From: Kudoa neothunni
Lineage: Eukaryota; Animalia; Cnidaria
DNA length: 64,000 bases
Reading direction: 5' to 3'
Assembly: GCA_964304625.1 (NCBI GenBank)
Contig: OZ199838.1
Location: 8,267,550 to 8,331,549 of the forward strand
Shown one piece after another: positions 57,240 through 64,000 of this stretch. Positions within the stretch are counted from its first letter, which is position 1; each line of letters begins with the position of its first letter. A program made the translations under genes and the position numbers. Under the pieces are notes generated by a model. That model had not been told where the DNA came from and ran no database searches. It saw only the letters and a list, made by a program, of their open reading frames with translations.

Positions 57240-58135
57240 TTCAGATTATATTCATTCACTGTGTTTGAAGCGTTTCTCATTCAATTCAATAAATTTATCC
57301 CACCTTGAATTGGAAAATTTCTTCGGTTATTTACTCTTATTTGATCAAACACCTCTTCACAGGGTTTTTTTGGGAAGTACCTCGGTAAAAAATGAATTTC
57401 TAAGTGGAAACTGTCATCAAACTCCCAAATATGGTGGTGAAAACGAACATTATCCATTACAATAATGTAGTTTTGGTCATCTCCAATGATATCTGTTAAG
57501 TTTGACAAAAAAATTTGAACGAATTTTCATCAACTCTACCAAGGACCACTTCACAGCTAATAACATTAATTGCGCTCACCGCGAGAGTCATCGTTACATT
57601 CAATCCTTTACTGTTTGAAATTACAGCGTTTAAAATCCCCCTCACAAAGGCCGACCATGGTTCCTCATCATGTAAAGAGAAAATGGGCTCTCTTCCACAA
57701 AAAGTATATTCCAGTATCTTACGTCGACAAGAATTCCAGTATACCACACAGCGCAAAACTTTCTCTCCTGCTTTACAATGGGGATATTTCTAATAACAGA
57801 GATTGGCCTCACAACCTATTAAGTGTTCTTTAAATTTGTTAACCACCAACAACATATCGAACGGAATAACTGTAATCCCTATTTTTTTAATTACACCCTG
57901 AGTTGTTATAGTGTAATTGTCTTTCAGTAATTTTATTAGGTTATCCTTCGGTCCTTGGGTTAAAATAATGTTTCTTATCCCTTCTCTAATGGCCTTTTTG
58001 GATGAATTAGCAAGCCTATATTTTTTAACCAAATCACTTAGTATCGACTTTGGAAATCTCTTCCGGACTCTTTCCCTTGTCAGAAATAAGACGACAAGCG
58101 AAAGCTCTCTTGTCTTCAGAATGATGCGTTTTTTT
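57240..58135 (-). mobile_element. IS630/Tc1-like transposase relic
   Basis: Fragments KGLNVTMTLAVS, IIVMDNVRFHH and FLPRYFPKKPCEEVF in different frames. TIRs not identified. Confidence 0.7.
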
Positions 58136-59401
58136 AAATCTAGATTGCCGTGTGATTATGATTTGGTTTAAATTGCAACGAATCCGATTTTTGGCGCCAA
58201 ACATGGTAGTAAAATTCGAACAAAACCAAAAAAAATGATGTTAGAAACCAGTTTTTTGGCAAATCATGTAACTTAATGTAATAAGTATTCCATACAAGAT
58301 ATAGAGAACGACCAATTAATGTTATCAGGCATCTATCATATGTCATTATTAGCTCACAACCAATATCGCTACATAATTTCCCTAATGCATAGCATAAGCC
58401 AGCATCATAATTATACTTTACTGTATGCACTCTAATTCGATCCCGAAAGTTCTTAAATAAGGAGTTCATTTTTAATCCATTTGTTTCCGCAAATTAGCAA
58501 TGATAATAATTTTCTAAATGAGGAACCTCCTTAGAATTTCATTCGAAAATACACTTACAATCTAAAAATTAAAATCCAGAATAAAACTAAAACTTTTAAA
58601 CATTTGCAACAAAAATAAATTCTACCATCCAAATTTAAAAGAACTTTCTCGATTTTTACGCCTTTAAATCTACTTTCTTCATTAGTGCATAACAAGTAGA
58701 CTAATTTGTAAACCAAATAGATATTGAATGCTTAGCACTCTATGTAACTGACGATATCTATTAATCAACTTGAAAAGAGATATTTGATTTAATCATCAAT
58801 TTTAGGAAATTATTCGGTGGCAATGACTTTTCAAATGGCACAATTTAACAATAAACGATGCAAATGTTAACAGAATTGTATTTTTGGTCCTAATATCCCT
58901 ATTTAGAGGTGGCCAAAAAACTCTAATAATCCGAACCGACCACAGTCAGCGTTTTTCCAATGATCATGTGGCTTTTGGATCCGAACACTAATTGATTTAA
59001 TTCAAAATTACGTCCACGCTGAATACAGTATTGTATATGAACAGCCGCCTTTTTTTTAATTGTTAATTACTATGTTCCAAATCTGAACCGACTCTAAATA
59101 TTAACAAATTAAAGAAAGAAGCTTAAATTGCATATCAATAACATGAACAAATAATATCTTCTTTTAGAATTAAAATGAGTCAGCGAAAAAAACCTAATGT
59201 TTACAAAACGGCTTCCAAAGTAACTATTAGTACACAGGGAGACGTGAGTCCCCTCATCAATCACAATTAGTTGCACAATTAATTATACCAACGACTTCAT
59301 CAGAAGGAAGCCGCAGATTAAACAAAAGAAAAAAAACATTAGTAGATCTAATTACAAAACGTAACAGCACAATGTTCAACTTTAAAAGTTTTTGGTTATT
59401 A

Positions 59402-61044
59402 TTAGTCGAGATCATCGAGCTCATAGTGGATACCATCATCGGACAGTTTGTAAGGAAGTTTTTTATCGGCCATTACGTTTTCGAGATAATCACTAGACAA
59501 AATAACTCGGATGCGGTAATGTTGAAAAATATACAAAACAGACGCAAGAAAGCGTTTTGATTTAGAATTTTCTTTGAGTTTGACTACATATTGATCAGCG
59601 CGTTCAGACTTTTTCCACACATAATAAAAGTGGATAATTTCACAATAGGGTTTATGGGGTAGGTAGGTTTGTTGAATCATGAGGAAATTTTTGCCGTAAT
59701 CCAAAATGCCCTTTTCAAACTCTTCACAGTCTTTCACACTCCAATCGAGATGAGAGTCATTAATTGTAGCGATAAGTTCGTCAACATTTTTAATGGCCAA
59801 CTCAATATTACAGCCGTACTTATAGAAATGAGCGAGAGCCTAATTATGATACTTGTGTTAGTGGGAACGTACGCAACAACAATTAGCCATTACAAAGTCT
59901 TCTGATGGCTGCATAGCATAACTTTGGCATTTGTTGAGCTCAACGAAATATTTATCGACTATTATACAGTGTTAATATGTCGAAAATTACATTCCATGCA
60001 TAGCATTACCATTGGTGGGAGTGGTTACAAACGGACTCCATTGTAGATGCCCTGTTTTCTTACACATCAGCCAAGAAATCAAACCTACACAACACAATAC
60101 TTTGATGCACGGGGAAGGGATTAGGAGGATATATGTCGAGGGTGTAGAAGATAGGCGCCGTATAAGCTTGATGATCTTCGCCAATTTTAACCTCCCTACT
60201 ATCATCGTCGTCATCATAGTCATCGTAATCGCTTCCAAACACGTATCTTGGCACTAAACCGCATTAATACTATAATCGATAATAGCTTCAAGCTCACATT
60301 GTCGTGAAGCAATACGCTTTGATCTTGGGGGTAGAATTTTGTTATTATGATTATTTTCTACAATTTTGCGATAATTATGCGTCAAACAGAAAGGTAATTT
60401 TTACGAGTGTATTTGTTCTTTTTGTCATTTTGATAGTAGTACTTTTTTGGCACGTATTCGTCATCATCTTCAATTTCTTCAATCGGAGATATTTTTTTAT
60501 TAATACAAGAAAAAGGAATTACCTCCAGCGTCCAAACCTTTTTTTATTTTGATGGCGGCTAATTTTTGTTCTTTCTCATATCTTTCCTGTAAAAGAGCAT
60601 ATTGTTCACGTAATTCGTCGATCGACATTTGATTATCCTAGAAATGAAATAAATCAACAATTTCTGATTGATAAAAACCTTTTCAAGATTTTCAAGTTCT
60701 TCTAAATATGCGCCATCGGATAACTGTTCCTCTTCCCATAATGTTGTTTCGTCATCAAAATCGTGAACCATCATTTCAGCCGTTAGCTCAAAATCCTCAT
60801 CTTCTTCAGTGTCACTATTCTTTTGGTTGAGCTTATTTTTGGAAGAAGCCGGTCTACCTGTAAAAACAATAAGGGAGTAAACACAGAAAACAAATGTTAT
60901 TGAAAGACCTCTCGGTCTTGGAGCGACGTTTATTTTGTCCTCCTTTCCGGCAAGTTTTTTTTTCTATGAAAATCACCAATTTTTATCAAAGATACTCCGA
61001 TATGGGAAATGATTTACAGGTCCCCTTCTTCTCCTTCTTGCCAT
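59402..61044 (-). CDS. MIER: Mesoderm induction early response (MIER) ELM2-SANT corepressor
   Basis: DFELTAEMMVHDFDDETTLWEEE; ELM2 EVKIGEDHQA..LQWSP; SANT WSVKDCEEFEKGILDYGKNF..FYYVWKKSER. Exons join in frame through GT-AG introns from ATG at 61044. Confidence 0.88.
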
Positions 61045-61532
61045 TAACCACAGGCATGCGCATTTGTTCAAGGCTTTAAGTCAACATAATTTACTTATTT
61101 CACCCAATTTAGGCAGTTGTGACGTTTTAAAATGAATGGTTTATAAAATAAATGGATTAAGTTGGAAGTATTCTATATTTAACCTCTTTCTTAAGCGAAA
61201 TGGACGTCATTTAATTAGCGATGCCGCAGTTAGTATGCAAAACTTTTTCACGATAAAGTAGTAAATTTTGCCTTACGTTTGATATTATTCGAGAAAAACA
61301 TTTTTTATTTCGTATCTAATGATAAATCTTTATAATAGTTCATATCTTGAAAATTTCCTGTCTACGCTTTTACTCTAAAGTAGCTGCTTCATCTCACATC
61401 AGGCTAATATTCAACTATGAATGTTGAAGAGAACTTTAGATTTATTTTTGAAGATCAATAGAAAATTTGTATAAAAAAAGTAGAACCTGGAAATTAACTA
61501 ATGTTCAGTTATATTTTTTCTATATATAATAA

Positions 61533-63861
61533 CTAGCGCAAAAGCTCCGCTTCACTTGGGCTTCCTTGCCCGGCCAAAGACATTTGAAGTTCAAAGTAAA
61601 TTAAGAGTATTTAGATAAATAGTACAAAGATTACCCAATTAACGGGTAATTTATTTAACTAATTGGAGGCATGAACCTTATTTAATATTTTTAAAAACGA
61701 ATAAACATTACTGAGCGTTTGAAATTTCATATTCAGAGCTCCTAAAATATCGATTTTCTCCTTGATGTTCATGGTAATCTCTAAATCATACCATATGAAT
61801 TAGACTAATCCTGTTAAACATCAATAAATGAATTTCATATTAATGTTGGGCTACATAACTTAATATAACCTTCCGTATTTGAAATAATTCATTTACTAAA
61901 TTACTTTTCAATAATTTTGAAGTAAAATAAACACTATGATACATTTAAAATTAATTTTTTATAGACAGTGGCTGTTCTCATGGATCCATTTAATCCCCTC
62001 TCGGGACTGACTATTCTCATGGAAACAAATAACTCCTCCGTTATAGGCGATATTTCAAATCTGACTTCATATTTGAATTAAGCTATTTTTAATCTAATTT
62101 TTTATGTAAAAATTAATCGAAATTAAAGAAATAAAAATTCAACACTTTGCCTACCTTATTTACACAGTTCATTAGTAGTACACTCACGTTGTTAAGTCTA
62201 TTATTATGTAATATAAACATTATAATTGAAATGAAAAGTAAAAAACATTTATTAATAAGTAGAAACTGTTCTGTTCGTGCATTCTTGTGTCACCCACCGT
62301 GTCTGAATATGCGCGTGAATCCGTTCTGGTTGTGGGACGTTCTATTTCGTGAGACTATTTGTAAATTTAAAAACAAACGTTGAAATGAATGAAATCTGTA
62401 GGACAAGTTTATATATTATATTAAATTGTAGAAGAGAAATTTAAGCTTTTGTAAGATATAAAATACCAATTGCACGGAATAAGCCTGAAAAGTGGTGTCA
62501 TTATTGCTTCCTATGAAGCGCTTTTAAATTGATTTTCTCAAACTTATACCTTTTATTAAAAAATAATATTGTACTGTTAAAATTTCAAATGTGGTTATTT
62601 TGGAGAAATTTTTTGGGCGGACAGCTAAACAACCATAGCTAGTGGATAAGTTGATCAATTCTTTATTGGAGTGAAAATTGGTTTTTCTGAACTATAAAAA
62701 TTACACATCCCTCAGTATCAGGAAACAAATGTTTACAATCTTTAAATGAAATTTTCCAGAACAATTCAAAATGCTCACGGACGAATTAACCGTTATTTTA
62801 TCTCCAACGTTGTTTATTATAATACTTACTACATTATTTCGTTGGATCGCTTTACTAAAGCCAAACAAACGTGCCCCAAAAATCACCATTCAAAAATTTT
62901 CATTTTATAAATTTACCCATTGAGACGATACCAGAGGAATTAGTGCAGAAAATTCAGAATCACCCTGCTTGTTAAAGATTGATAAATGAGTTTAAATTAA
63001 CAAGTATAGGTTTACTCTAAAATTTAAACTCATAGGTTCCTGTATTTATAGGTTCTGTATTCACGAATAGGCATCATGAAAACCATTCTCATACCTCTAA
63101 TTAAACTAAACACATTTGTAGGGATAAAACAACGAAAATTCCCCGAAATTATGATACAATCTTATAGATACATATGAAAGTTGTTTACATCGTTGAAAAA
63201 TAGTTCGAATCCAATTAATATCCATTAATTAATGACAATTTTGTTAAATTTATATTAAAAAATGTTTAGATAGAAAAGTACATGCTTCGTATATGATTGG
63301 AGATGACTTATTCTAAGTTAGACTGCGTGCGTTGAGACGTATCAAACTAAAGGTTTCTAACCACCATTAGATATGTTTACATTTCATTTCAATTATAGTG
63401 TTTATATTACATAATATTAGACTTAACAACGTGAGTGTACTACTAATGAACTGTGTAAATAAGGTAGGCAAAGTGTTGAATTTTTATTTCTTTAATTTCG
63501 ATTAATTTTTACATAAAAATTAGATTAAAAATAGCTTAATTCAAATATGAAGTCAGATTTGAAATATCGCCTACAACGGAGGAGTTATTCGTTCCCATAG
63601 GAATAGCCACTGCCTTTTTTATAACTTTAACGAAATGATCTATATGTTCGCATAGATCCTCTAATCATACCAATCATATCACGTGAAAGTGTTTTTTGTC
63701 ATTTTGCAGAATGCAAACCTTTTATAATTTTTTAGGTATTTTTCTATATTAAAATAAAATTTTATCCTTCCATATGTGTGCTCAAATGGGGAGATACGTC
63801 TCTCTATAAAGAATGAAAAATGCGTACACACACGGATTACCAGTTTGTTTTATATAGTAGA
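61533..63861 (-). mobile_element. Non-autonomous Helitron family B (copy 2), interrupted by a MULE
   Basis: Reverse complement of 31106-31745 plus 34165-34209. CTAG end with hairpin at 61533; TCTACTATATA start at ~63861. Confidence 0.85.
61964..63614. mobile_element. Non-autonomous Mutator-like element (copy 2)
   Basis: G-initiated ~240-bp TIRs and a perfect 9-bp TSD TTTTTTATA (61955-61963 and 63615-63623). The empty site is visible in the Helitron paralogue at ~31350. Confidence 0.92.
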
Positions 63862-64000
63862 AGATTTAATAAATTTTTATAGATTTTTTTATAGAATTAT
63901 TCAACATAAATTAAATAATAGGTCAACTAATCGAATAAAAATGCTTTGTTTGGCCTATAATTATATAATTTATTGGTGTTTTAGCACTTCGCCAAATTTT

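Overview
AT-rich eukaryotic genomic DNA. The gene content (CALHM, MIER, Rh) points to an animal. Very short 37-60 nt GT-AG introns and fast-evolving proteins suggest a compact-genome parasite such as a myxozoan (inference only). I reconstructed nine host genes by splicing by hand: CALHM-like, AACS, UROS, CPSF3, PA2G4, LIPT2, CK2-alpha, an Rh-family protein and MIER. They sit among many decayed and often nested transposons: several piggyBac families, pogo/Tigger, Mutator, hAT, Helitron, Merlin, IS630/Tc1 and solo LTRs. The strongest finding is an intact Rh/Amt gene in which both pore histidines are replaced by Phe, both Phe-gate positions appear to be Tyr, and a mucin-like TTTDTGT(A/V/I) repeat is inserted in the first extracellular loop. 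It is a candidate non-transporting surface Rh protein, convergent with vertebrate RhD/RhCE. Other notable items are a 63-nt spliceosomal-type intron in a piggyBac transposase, family-specific piggyBac palindromes, apparent homogenisation of the TIRs within one Mutator element, a 6.6-kb transposon-filled CPSF3 intron, and an AT-hook on MIER. All coordinates and alignments were read by eye and reference motifs recalled from memory; none were computed.
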